A stretch of DNA of 64,000 bases from Perna viridis (Eukaryota): the NCBI GenBank assembly GCA_037379345.1, contig CM074516.1:19282001-19346000 (forward strand). The letters run 5' to 3'. Position numbers and translations under genes: made by a program. The notes below the pieces were generated by a model. The model saw nothing but the letters and a program-made list of their open reading frames with translations. It had not been told where the DNA came from and did not search any database. Position 1 is the stretch's first letter. Every line of letters begins with the position of its first letter. Of this stretch, positions 28,299 through 40,000 are shown one piece after another.

Positions 28299-29144
28299 AT
28301 AAAGGGATATTTTTCAACTAAATTTTACGATCTCCATGATCAAAGGAGAACGAACGGTGTGGACATTGACCTTTGTACACGCGACTTATATTTCAGTTAA
28401 ATTTGTTTCTAGTTTAAAGATAAATATCTACATGTATGAGCAATTTTAGGATGGGATGTAGTGTGTACATGACTAATGAAGTTATGGTAAACTTTTCTGA
28501 CTAAGACTTTTTTATTCATTAATTGTAATATCTATATGTATTTGGATAGTACTGTTTTTTCCTACACCTAGATTACTTATTCGTAAATACTTTATAGTTC
28601 AAAAATATGAAGTTCTAAAGTAATCAGTGATTAGAAATTCCAGTATTAAAACTAGATTCAGCAGGGGTTTTCATGATAGACAAAGCAGAAGTAAGGGTAA
28701 GACAAATAGTGTGTGGCCTAAAGGCTGTATATGCCTAAATATCAATTATACATCTGCTTGTTTGGCTCGTGTGTTTTCCCATTTTCATCTCACAATCACC
28801 TTTTTAGAATATGAACCGAATTTCCTTATCAAAGAAACTTAAATAATTGTGATGCACCAACTATACATATCCACATTTCCACCTCTGACAGACTTATAAT
28901 TTTCTGTAAGTGGCTCGAGCAAAACGTCTATTTCTATAATCATGATATTTGACAACTTAAGGAATCCCACATCATATTTAACAATTTTTATTGTTAGTGG
29001 TGAGTTTGGTTTAGGACTCATGTTCATTTCAAATCCAATTTGTTACTAAAGCATAAGAAACATGCAACAGTACATGCAACACAAATATCAGAGAATAAAG
29101 AGGATTCACTTGTGCTCCTTACTTGTTTTAAAAGACTATGAAAT

Positions 29145-29315
29145 CAGTGGCAGATCTAAGGGGGTGTAGGGGGTAGGCACCCATCCTATGTTTTGTAAAT
29201 TTTGTCATTTTCATGCGTAAAATTGACAAATGGTAAATAATGTCCCAGTAATCCTACTTTTTCTGAGGAACCCCGACTGGCACCACTGCTTCTCAAAGTG
29301 TCTGATCCGACCCAG
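29145..29315. mobile_element. MITE family A, copy 2
   Basis: CAGTGGCAGATCTA ... TTTGTCATTTTCATGYGTAAAATT ... TTTTTCTGAGGAACC..CTGGCACC..TCAAAGTGTCTGATCCG, matching 12268-12448. Confidence 0.8.
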
Positions 29316-32300
29316 CAAGTGGTTGTGTTTTCTTGTGTACATTTGTTCCATTGTTTACATGTAGTTGCCTAGCAATGACTTTGAATCAGTATATTCTTCT
29401 ACTTTTATTTTCTACATCACACAACAACAAAAAGGGAGGGGGTTGTCTCATGAACATTAATTGTTCTTTTGAATTACAGAATTCGAGTGAATGCTGAGCG
29501 ACGCTTCTGAAAGCGTCTTTGTGGCAGAGAATTGGCTTTGAAAAGCTCAATATTCAATCGAAAATCCAAAGAGATATGAGTACTTCTTTTTTAAACTTTG
29601 TTCTGGACTCATGGCTTTTATGCTGCATTTATTTTTCCGCCAGTTTATTACAAACCACAGGTTTTGTATACAGCAAATTGTAAGAAAGAAATTGCTATTT
29701 CCGTGTTAGAAAAATCGCTCATGTTTTTCTTTTTCACAGTGAGAGATAACCATTCAAGGAAGCTCGCTTGATATGACCTGGGAAAATTCATTTAAGTTTT
29801 CTTGTCTCAGTGAAAACGTGACTGTGTAAAATAGGCGTTCTAATGTGTAACTTACTATGGGTCTTTCCAATGCCTGAATACGTTGGAGAGTTATGGCTAT
29901 GCATTAATAGGATTCATAAAAACTTTGTTACGTAATCAGGCCATGGATAACGGTTTTTTTTTTTTAAATACATTTTCCTATCTTTGTTGCAGTATACATG
30001 AAAGGCAACATTTTGTTCTGGGAAGCCTCAACTGTTTAGAAATTTACTTATAACTGTCTTGGGAACAATATATTTTTAACTAGCGTTAGTTCCTAAATGT
30101 ATATATTTAGTTTTGGGAAAATTGTAGCTGTCTTATTAACGACATTCAAAAATATTTTAAATAAAATGGTTATACCTTGAAAATATAATATCTAGATACT
30201 ATACTTCCATGGTTATACTGTGTACTAAGTAATTACAAGAAAAAACTGAAAAACTCAAAGAAGAAATTTATCTCAAAGTCATTATTTTGACTAATGAAGA
30301 AATAAATTTTCCAACCTAGCACTGCTTTCATTATAATTAGTGAATTTAAGAGGACGCTTATAGATTAAATATTTATATGATAGTTAATACAAATGTACTA
30401 GTATATGTACATGTAGTTTTATTTTAGTTGATCCGAAACATTATCTTTGAAATTCTATATTTCGAGTGAAATGGATATTAATAACCACGTGCAACAGCCC
30501 TACCGCAATTACCTACGCTTTAAGTAGGTAAAAATGTTATACTTTAACACAAGAAAATTGAGAAAATAAATATTGATGTCAACGCAAACCATTTTTCCCG
30601 TACTAAGTTTCATTTTAGATACGAAAATTGAAGCCAACAGAACACAGTGTCGTTGTCATTTATAGCAAAAGCCCCTGGGAATTAAATCTTTAATAATAAG
30701 AGTCAATAACTTGTCATCCGACATAAAACCACCGCGAGTTTAGTAGAATTGTCAGCTGACAACCATTTTGAAGCTATAGATTGGGACGCAAATAAAAGAG
30801 AGACACATCCCCGTTCTCGTAACAAAGTTGACGAACAGCTATTTTTATAAGAGAAGATTTGTGTCAGTGTTGAATTCTACCCTAAGGCTTGCTTCATTTA
30901 ATTATAACTTAATTCGAAATAAACTGGTATCAAATTCAGTGTTTTAGAGTTATGGATTTCTCTAATGCTTCTAATTTTGTCGTAACAAATTTTCCTAATT
31001 TGTAAGAGATATTAAATCATACGTGCAAACATGGATTTGAAAACTTATTAAAAAAGAAATCACTTAAATGATCTGTAATAAAAAACGTGAACCTTAATTT
31101 TTACTAAAGAGTAATTTTTCATTTGAGGTTAATTCTTAGTAAAGAGTTTTTGTTTCTTTTGAGGCACCAAACCGTGGATTTAACTGTTCTTTCTAATTAA
31201 AATAACCAAAAACAAACCAACCCTCTAAATAATTTTTTTTCCATTTCCATTATTTGTTTTAAAAGGATGTTAATTTCCCTATAAATATTGCAAAATTAAA
31301 TACATTACAGTTATGTGTTTTCTAAATAAGTACCTAAATGTTAATTTTTTTAGTATAATTAATTTTCATTAGTTACCCTTAGACAATGGTATTGGTGGAG
31401 TTATGTCCCCATTCTCGTCGATCGTCGTACTTATCATGTAGTATGTAATTTAACGTGAAGTATATGCCTATTAATCAACGATAATACATCGCCCTGACAA
31501 ATCACATTAGATGGGTTAATTTCTAATAAAACCAAGAAAAAATGAGAAATAAAGTTGTTAAAGATAAAAGAAATTTAAAACAAACTGTGCCGTTTTTAAC
31601 AAGCATCTTAATGAGACGTATTACTGAAAATTGAAACTCATTCAGGAGAAAGTGTGTCGCTTTTCTAACGCGTTTAGTGATCAAGTAAACGTAATGTGAA
31701 AATTACAAATTAAGAAAAATTGAAAATAGATAATTTCAAATTGAAATTTATTTAGTAAATGTTACATAAAGATAAAGAATCTTGTCACAAGCTGTTCTCA
31801 AGCAAATACTAACGGAAGTGAAAAAAAAATTGTTCAAACTATGGAAGATTGAACAAGCATGGAATGTCCTATGAGTAACAGAAAGTAAGTAATCAAAATA
31901 ATGAAAACTTATGTTTCACTGGGTATATTTCCAAGAACAAACGAAATTAAATCAAAATTTCAATTCCCGCATTAGTCGAGATCGGAGAGGGAGATATGCC
32001 GTTTAACCCCTAACCTATAAATCTATATATTTATTACGAACACAGGATTCAACCTAACACCGAATCAAAGAGTTGTAATAACGAGAAAAGGGATATATTG
32101 TAGAGGCTTTACACTAACAGCTGTCGCCCAGAAATGACTTCACGGTTAAATATCAAGTTAAAACACGGCTTAGACACCTCAAATCGCTCCATAGTTTATC
32201 AATTTTATAACGTTTAAACCTCATTAAGCCAGCGAAACTGGAACACTTTCCAATAACATAAAACCGAACTCGGAATTCATCCGTATTGTTCCGAACCGTC

Positions 32301-32699
32301 TAACGTTAAGACAAATTAAATTCTCATTAATGTAGGGAGAAATTAAAAATAATGTTACAAGATAAAAATAAGCAGATTTTGGTCATATCACCTTATGTTA
32401 TTTTTCCGTATTTAATTTCTTGTTACATTATAAACAGAAAAAGCACATTTGAACTTTTATCTTTAGAAATTATGGTTTTATCTCAAAATGACTAGCCTTT
32501 CATTTTGCAACAAATATAGGAAAAATATTTTGCTCAATTATTGTGTAAAATGTTTGGAATTCGTGGGTGTGTATTTGAAGGTAGATTAGCTTTAATTTAA
32601 CTTAATTTGGGACAATTCGTACCGAAAAAAAATCTGATAAAAACCTTTGATGGTTAGTGGAACGACAACATGGGATAAAAAAGAGAGTTGAAAAAAGTT

Positions 32700-33916
32700 T
32701 TAGACTTCGTTAAAAAATATTTTATTGTTAATGTGCAGGTAACTTCAACCCTGAACATGCGCACAAATATTTCTTAAATTATTCAAAATCACAATAATAT
32801 TCTTACAAGATGAATCATCAAAAAACAATAACAAAAACACACATTATAATATTAGGGTCCAAGTGACTTAAACGTCTCAGGACAAAACACAAATTATAAC
32901 TGTTCCACAGCTAAAATAAATAAGAATACAAAATGGAATGGAATAAGTTAGATTTTTCCATAAAAATTCCTCAGTGTAATAAAAATCCTTTAAGAAAAAA
33001 AAATCGCACACAAAATGGGCTGGGTTATCATGTTGTTGTGATAATCTTGTTAATATAAAGGGTCACTCATAATTATTAGGTCAAATAGAACGAGTTTTTA
33101 TCACGAGAATAAATTAATGTTCATATAATTGAGTTACACTGTTATCATTTCACACAATGGAAAAAATTCTATTCTTGGAATGAGACAAAATTTCATAAAT
33201 TAAGAAAATAACATGATCAAATTGGGAATTACTTTCGTTTGAGACAAAATAAAAATTGTTGTCTTCATTTCATGAACTTTTAAACATTATAAAATTGAGG
33301 ATAATTTTCCTAAGTGATTAATTTAAGAGTTCTAAATACACAAAGTTTATCCAATATTTAATTAACGTTTAAATGTCTTTAAATCTCACTTATAAATTTT
33401 TAAAAATCTTGCTTAATAGCGATTTAGTTGATTTGTTGACTTTCTGGAATATACAATATAAAATGCTAACATCAAATATTTAAATTCAACAGACTGAGCA
33501 ACAATCTGTCTGTTTATTTAGAAATGCGATCACTTTCTCAAACTTTAAAATTTTCTTCAAAACAGGAATGTATGTAGGCACATGAATGGTAGAATTCACA
33601 AAATTGCACTAGTCGGAAACTTCTGAAAAATATTAAATAAAAATTTCCTAAAAAATCTTCTACTAAAATATGTACATGCATGAAGTCCAGAGTATTTTGA
33701 AGACTTTTTTACTGTTCTACATAGAACCATTTATACCTTTTTAACATCCTAAGCCATTAAAACGAATGCATAAAAGAAGTACTTGAAATACATCACCGTT
33801 CAGCTAGCAGACGACACACACCGTCACGGCGACTTTTTAACGGCAATACACTAACATGGTACAATTCGAATGAAATTTTATCAAATGGCCTCTAGGTCCT
33901 TTTCACACAAGGCTTA
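32700..33916 (-). other. Putative POU3 3' UTR (about 1.2 kb, U-rich)
   Basis: A-rich on the plus strand, so U-rich in the mRNA. Minus-strand AATAAA at 33513-33518 and 32721-32726; the latter is followed by a U-rich downstream tract. Confidence 0.5.
32721..32726 (-). terminator. Candidate distal polyadenylation signal AATAAA of POU3
   Basis: TTTATT on the plus strand, with U-rich sequence 20-60 nt downstream on the minus strand. Confidence 0.45.
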
Positions 33917-35212
33917 TCAATGAGTCGGTGAATGGTTTTGTGTATTATAATGATGAGCTTGAGGCTGCTGGAGGTGAGAGTTCAATAACTGACCAATTTC
34001 AAGATGACCACTGGGTGACATACCATGAGAACTCATAGAAGATGCTATAGACATGCTTAGTCCGTTCTGATTTCCGGGGTGTTGCGGGACCCCATTTAAT
34101 CCATTATGACCAGGAGGAGGCGATAATGGGCTTCTGTCACTAGAGTTTTCACCTTGGTCTGAATCGGTCATCAATATTTCACCGTTAGCCCCTACTCCTG
34201 GAGGGGTCATTCGCTTCTCTTTCTGTCGCCGGTTGCAGAACCAAACGCGCACAACCTCCTTTTCGAGTTGCAAAGAGTCTGCTAATTGAAGAATTTCCTG
34301 TGCAGTAGGCTTTGGTTGTTTCACAAAATGTTGTTCTAGGGCACCTTTAACAGTAACTTCTATACTTGTACGCTTCTTCCGTTTTCTACCCTGAGCAGCA
34401 ATTTTGTCCATGCTTGTTGTTGAGCCAGTGGTCGAGTCTGCTTCTTCAAGCCACTTTTGTAACAAAGGTTTAAGTTTACACATATTTTTAAAACTTAATT
34501 GAAGAGCTTCAAATCTGCAAATAGTCGTTTGTGAGAAAACGTTACCGTATAAAGTTCCTAGAGCTAGTCCTACATCTGCCTGTGTGAATCCTAATTTTAT
34601 CCGTCTTTGTTTGAACTGTTTAGCGAATGCTTCCAAATCGTCCGAAGATGGGGCATCCTCGTCCGAGGGGTTATGATGGTCCAGCTCGTGTTCGGGGTCC
34701 CTCATTGCAGGGTGCATGCCGTGAGGCGATAGCATGCCGTTCATGGGCATTCCATACCCATGGTGCTGCATTTGACCCCCTCCATTCAAATGGGGTGATG
34801 ACAGTTGAGTGTGCCAGGCATGTGGTGAATGGATCTGCTGGGGCCTATGGTGTAAAGTTGCTAACTGGCTCCCATCATTTGGCGGATTCTGTTTAATGTC
34901 ATATTTTATGTCCCTCATCAGAGGATCACGCATATCCCTCATATCCTGCAGCTGAGGCATAGGCGAATTATTCCAAGCATCCGTGCACGGAATGCCCCAA
35001 GGGTTATGGTAGTCCAAACGATGCCCATTCTGATGCTGAGGGGGCATATATTTCATTTCTTGATATTTCAATTCCTGTAAGTCATTTCTGTGATGATATT
35101 GAGCTTGTTGAGAAATTCCACACTGCATATTATGAATCTGGTCTCCGAGTGATGTTGGATTCAGAGATGGCGGTGTGCTCGAGGCAAGGTATAATCCTGC
35201 ACTAGTAGCCAT
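33917..35212 (-). CDS. POU3: Class III POU-homeodomain transcription factor (POU3F/Brn-1/Brn-2/Oct-6/vvl ortholog), single coding exon, 431 aa
   Basis: Uninterrupted ORF. POU-specific domain [68 protein letters not shown] (about 34660-34437), class III linker ending DKIAAQG, homeodomain [10 protein letters not shown]...[19 protein letters not shown] (about 34387-34208), His/Pro/Gln-rich N-terminus. The ORF track starts at a TTG (35218). The first in-frame ATG after an upstream in-frame stop is at 35212, in good context (ATA ATG G). An intronless CDS is typical of POU3 genes. Confidence 0.97.
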   Translation of the reverse strand: MATSAGLYLASSTPPSLNPTSLGDQIHNMQCGISQQAQYHHRNDLQELKYQEMKYMPPQHQNGHRLDYHNPWGIPCTDAWNNSPMPQLQDMRDMRDPLMRDIKYDIKQNPPNDGSQLATLHHRPQQIHSPHAWHTQLSSPHLNGGGQMQHHGYGMPMNGMLSPHGMHPAMRDPEHELDHHNPSDEDAPSSDDLEAFAKQFKQRRIKLGFTQADVGLALGTLYGNVFSQTTICRFEALQLSFKNMCKLKPLLQKWLEEADSTTGSTTSMDKIAAQGRKRKKRTSIEVTVKGALEQHFVKQPKPTAQEILQLADSLQLEKEVVRVWFCNRRQKEKRMTPPGVGANGEILMTDSDQGENSSDRSPLSPPPGHNGLNGVPQHPGNQNGLSMSIASSMSSHGMSPSGHLEIGQLLNSHLQQPQAHHYNTQNHSPTH

Positions 35213-35318
35213 TATCAATTATGCTCGTTTGGTACACATTAAGTTTGTTGTTATAGTTTACACATAAGTTTCGCTGATCTGAATTGCAAAACGCCTTTTC
35301 TCTAACGACTCTTATGAG

Positions 35319-35475
35319 TTATGCATTAACCTGAACTAAAATTGTCGTGTTCCCCAACAGTGTCCTTTGATGGATGTCGGAGATGCTAATAATTTGATTG
35401 GTCGCAAGGCGGATGATTGACAGCCAATGGGCGTTAAATTACCGACTTGCGTCCTGTACTGTTGTTGATTGGTCG
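35319..35475 (-). promoter_or_regulatory. Putative POU3 proximal promoter
   Basis: CCAAT/ATTGG at 35397-35401, 35424-35428 and 35468-35472; TGATTGACAG (Pbx-Meis/Prep decamer) at 35414-35423; CCTTTGATG (TCF/LEF) at 35364-35372; ATGCTAAT at 35383-35390 and TTATGCATTAA at 35319-35329 (POU-type sites). All lie 110-260 bp upstream of the ATG. Confidence 0.65.
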
Positions 35476-36875
35476 ACTCTGTTTACCATACTATGACAGA
35501 ATACATTCGAGATCATGTTATGATCGCATAATTAAGGTAGTTTAAACAAACGCTTTCTTTTGTTTGTTTTCTTACAGCATTCAACGACAGTGTATGAAAT
35601 AAGATCTCTTCGTTTTTAATGGGCGTAAAAGCTGAAAAAATGAAATTAATAATTTGACTGTGTGAAATGTGACTATTCAATAAATATTTTTTTTTAAATA
35701 TCATTTATGTTTGGCTGGTATTTATCTTGACATACATTTATCTTGTACATTCAGAATTCATAAAATTCGTATCAGTATTTTTTTCTATAGGAGACTGTAA
35801 CACTGTCACGCATCGGCAACTTTAAAAAAAAACGACACCAGAGATGCTTTTCACAATTTTTAATTAAACTGAACATCACTTTTCTATATGGCTCAACCAA
35901 GTGAAACCAGCCGGAAAGAGATAACAAAAATATGGCCTAACTTTTACAAGAGGATGGTACAGTGTTCTATTAAGAGGTGCGAAATCTTCAAAATCTCATT
36001 TATAAAAGGGACTCACCTATGTGCTTTTATTTCACAGCCCGGAGACGGTTAGAGTACTAGCTACCTTAAATGAAGCAGTCCATGCGAACATTTTTGCCGC
36101 ATCTAAAAATTAAATGTTAACTCCAGGTGACTACAAGTTTTGGTCTTTTCCCAAGAAAAAAAAACAAACCTAGAGTTAATGATGTTTCTGACAGGAATAT
36201 TAACGTTATGTTTTGGTTCATTGTCAAATTTTAAGCTTTGTGTTTTCCGATGGAAATTGGATAGTCGTAGAAAATTGTTATTTGGAAGAAATGTAGAAAA
36301 ACTAAATGTTTATAACAGGGTTTTATTTCTAAGTCTCATCTCTATCTTATTATTAACCATTCTCATATTTCGTTATTTTTTGTAGAAAATAGGGTTAAAT
36401 TTAGGAAATGATAGGAAAATAAAGGGGATATTAAAACCGACGAGGCTATACAATACATTCTCATCAAACGTATTGCAGTACATGTGAAAAAATAGACATA
36501 TTTACAGCATGACACTCCGAACGTGTTGAAATAAAATTTATGCCTCGCTGGCTTTACTTTAATTAATAATATCAAGTTTGTATATCACATTCAAAATTCT
36601 AATCGTTAACCAATTCAAACTGAACCTGTTGAAACCATGTATAAGAAAGCGTGAAGTAAATTCCCCTTCTTTAAACAAATAAGACAGTTTCACATGTTAT
36701 TCCAGTACAGTGCTTGATCACCTTTCAAGTTTTTTTAACTTGTGCAAGTCAAAACCAAGCATCACTGAATACATCAAAGCTGACCTATATAAACTATTGT
36801 AATACAATTAGAGCATCGCGCCGGACCTTTTTTTCTTTAAGAATCTTTTCACAGAGACGTATATATATATATATA

Positions 36876-37030
36876 GCCTAGCTGGCCGAGTGGTCTAGGG
36901 CACTGGACTTTGTGCAGACGGTGTTGCCATAGATGTCACAGCGGTAAGAGTTCGAGTCCCGCGGAGGGAACGACCAAAAATTTGCATCGCAAATTTGACA
37001 GTTCTAACATCGTTGGGAATTTTTTCAGAC
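36876..37030 (+). mobile_element. tRNA-derived SINE flanked by (TA)n, 1.7 kb upstream of POU3
   Basis: A box TGGCCGAGTGG (36883-36893), B box GTTCGAGTCC (36950-36959), T6 run at 37020-37025, (TA)n on both sides; second copy at 9828-9939. Confidence 0.8.
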
Positions 37031-37076
37031 CTATATATATTTATAAGGGTCTAAAATATATGTATATATTTCTCTC

Positions 37077-37098
37077 TGTGTGTGTGTGTGTGTGTGTG
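37077..37098. repeat. (TG)11 microsatellite
   Basis: Read directly from the sequence. Confidence 0.95.
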
Positions 37099-40000
37099 TT
37101 TGGTTCAAAATGAAAAAAAATAAGAAGGAACTTTTATGTCTTCAATGCTATTTTCTCAACTGAAAAAGAAAATAATATTTCGTATATAATTGCAATAAGA
37201 ACATTTTTTTATCTAGGAATAGAGAAGAAACAGGGACCATATCAACAAAAGTTTCCGAAATATAAGACATGTAATGACCTAAAGATATATCTGAAAATAT
37301 GACTCAACCTATCAAACTATTTCCCAGGTCACAGGAATTGGGATAAAGACAAAAGGTTCGGATCTTATAGAACATATATCTAGCCATCCTAACTTTCAGA
37401 GGAAAAGTAAAAGATTACATAATTTCATGGTCTTTTATTGACTTAAGTTATGTCCTAAAACCATACATAGGTATATACCAATGATAATAAGCTTTGATGA
37501 AGCCACTCCAAGTTCATAAGAAAATACAACTTTTAACTTAAGCAAACCTCTGTCTCTGTCTTAAATATATTAATCAGTATAACCATATTGGTTACTGATT
37601 TCTTGTCGTGTACGTTTCTGTCATTCTATCATTCGCATGATTATTATTTAAAAAAAAACATTTTCCATGATTCTTCATTGATAAAAAAGCCTATTTTTTT
37701 TTTCAAGTCAATGAATCAAGTTGAAAGTATATATCAGTAATGCTGTCTTTCCAAAACCTTTGTTCTCATAAACAGGAATTTCGGTGAGAGATTTCGATCA
37801 ATACATATTACCTACAACCACCCTTCAAATATGCAATTTTCTCATTCAATCATGTTAAAACACAATACGAATATCATGATTTTAGTAAGATAATTATATC
37901 ATATGAATTTTGTAGTCTTTGATTTGGATAATAATTATTCAGTTAAAAAATCTCATATCATTTATGAGAATTTAAAAAAGGGGCGTTAACGTAGAACCTA
38001 CTCAAAACTTAGCATGCATTCCAAGGAAACCGATGATTTCATTTTCAACTGTCCAAATCATAAAATAAATAGGCCCCATGCTTGGTATTCACAAGTCCAA
38101 TTCCAATATTATTTTGTTTCTTTTCCGTTTTCCTTTCGGAACCATTAGATAATTATTTTAACTCCTGAAATTTCATTTGCTGAAGAATAAATGAATTTGC
38201 AAAGTTCAAATTCCTTAACAATAGAATACTATCATCGGAGCAATAAAAGATAATATTCATTTAATTAGAATGTTCGTATCGTAATTATAACGATCAGAAC
38301 TTTATTACGAGGAAGGAAGCGAAATCGTTAATCGTCCTCTCGCATGAACTTTTCTTTAAGTCGTCTATTATTCAAACATCTTTTGCGTGCAAATCGGATT
38401 AACTTGCTCTTTTTCTCAATTTTCAACCCCAGACGGTTAAAAAATTGATAATTCTCCTGGGTTTAAACATTGCTTAATTCATCGAGAGAAAATAAAAACA
38501 TCCATAAAAACAAATAGACAAATGTCATAAGAAAAACCCGGATAATGAGTCTGCGAAATGGACATTTTGTGTTTTGACACATTTCATTAGAATCCGGGAC
38601 TTGTGTAGTGTCAACCAATTTCCTGAGTTTTCAGCTCTGGTAAACACCCGAGACAATTGCCACTCCGGTGACAGTTCCGAAAGATCTCAATAAACAATCA
38701 CAAATACACAATAGACATGTCATCCCGAATTTACAAATTGATAGAGAAATGACCAAGTTTCTGGCGTTTATGCTAATTTTTCCTTTGGACCAGATATATC
38801 TGATAATTTTTTCTCACTGGGATTCCGTCACATGTCCATTCGAATTTTGTATAGGCTATTTTTTATTCATTCTTCCAGTAATTTCCTTTCCATTAAAAGA
38901 AAACAAATATGCCGAAAGAATTACTTCACTTCAAAGACATCTGATATTTTTGTTATTATATTTTACGAATTTCAAGAAAAGAAATATAGTGTTTCTTTTC
39001 TTCATAAGTTTGATTTACCAAGCCCTTTAGAACTAGCCTAATATGTAAAAATCAATTAAATTTACAAACTAGTGCATTTATTACACTTAACAGGGGTGCA
39101 GCCATTCTATTTGTAACCCAGAGTGAAATATCCAAGTCACGAATTCGTCTACTTATACCAACTAAAATAATTTATTAGTTCTCGATCCTCTCTCATCCCT
39201 TGACGATGTCGAAATACCAAATTTCATCGCCATATAAATAAAATAAAAACCAAACTAAACCGATTTTTTTCTTGTTGTAATCCATGAAAAATGTGGTCGT
39301 ATTTATATTGGAAGGGAGCAATAAAATGATAAAAAGAAATGCCTCCCTCCCCAATATGTTCCATGAAAAATTACCTAAAAATCAACTTTTGAATAGTCTT
39401 GGTATACAAAAAGCAAAAAAACAAATGATGAAAAGGTTGGGATTGAATTTACCCCTGCCCCTCAAAAACATTTCCCAAATAGAAAAATAAAAGGATGCAC
39501 ACGTGCACTTTAAATTATCCTTCATTAAACAAACAGAACAAAAACACAAATAACAATGAAGCTTATGTAAATATATAGACTAAATAAAGAAACATAACGG
39601 GAAAGACATCCGTACATATTAATTTTCTGCCAACTTTATCCTTTCAGTAAAATCACCGAATCTTTTTCAAAAATGTACCATAAAATTGGCAATCTTAGAT
39701 CCTATCTAATAAAGGAAACGTTAACGGGTTGATCGTGTTGAAATGAAAGCTCGGGTTATCTTAGCCCCAAACTTAATCTTCAAAACAATGCCTTTGTACA
39801 GGATAAAAGAAAGAATCGATTTATAAGAATAAAATGTTTAAAATAGCAATCACAATCGATTAGAGACAGCGTAATGGGATACATTGAATTAATTTATGGG
39901 TTCACTGGGCTAATGTATCTATCCTCTTTATGCCCACATCTGAAGCGTTATATAGAAAACTCGATAAGTCCTTATTGGGGAAATTTAAGCCTTAAAATAA

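Noticed and set aside
34627-34896. 89-aa plus-strand ORF antisense to POU3
   Set aside because: Expected shadow ORF of a GC-richer coding exon, with no recognisable domain.
36876-36968. Functional tRNA gene
   Set aside because: Acceptor and T stems pair poorly, and the dispersed copy shares a non-tRNA 3' extension, which is SINE behaviour.
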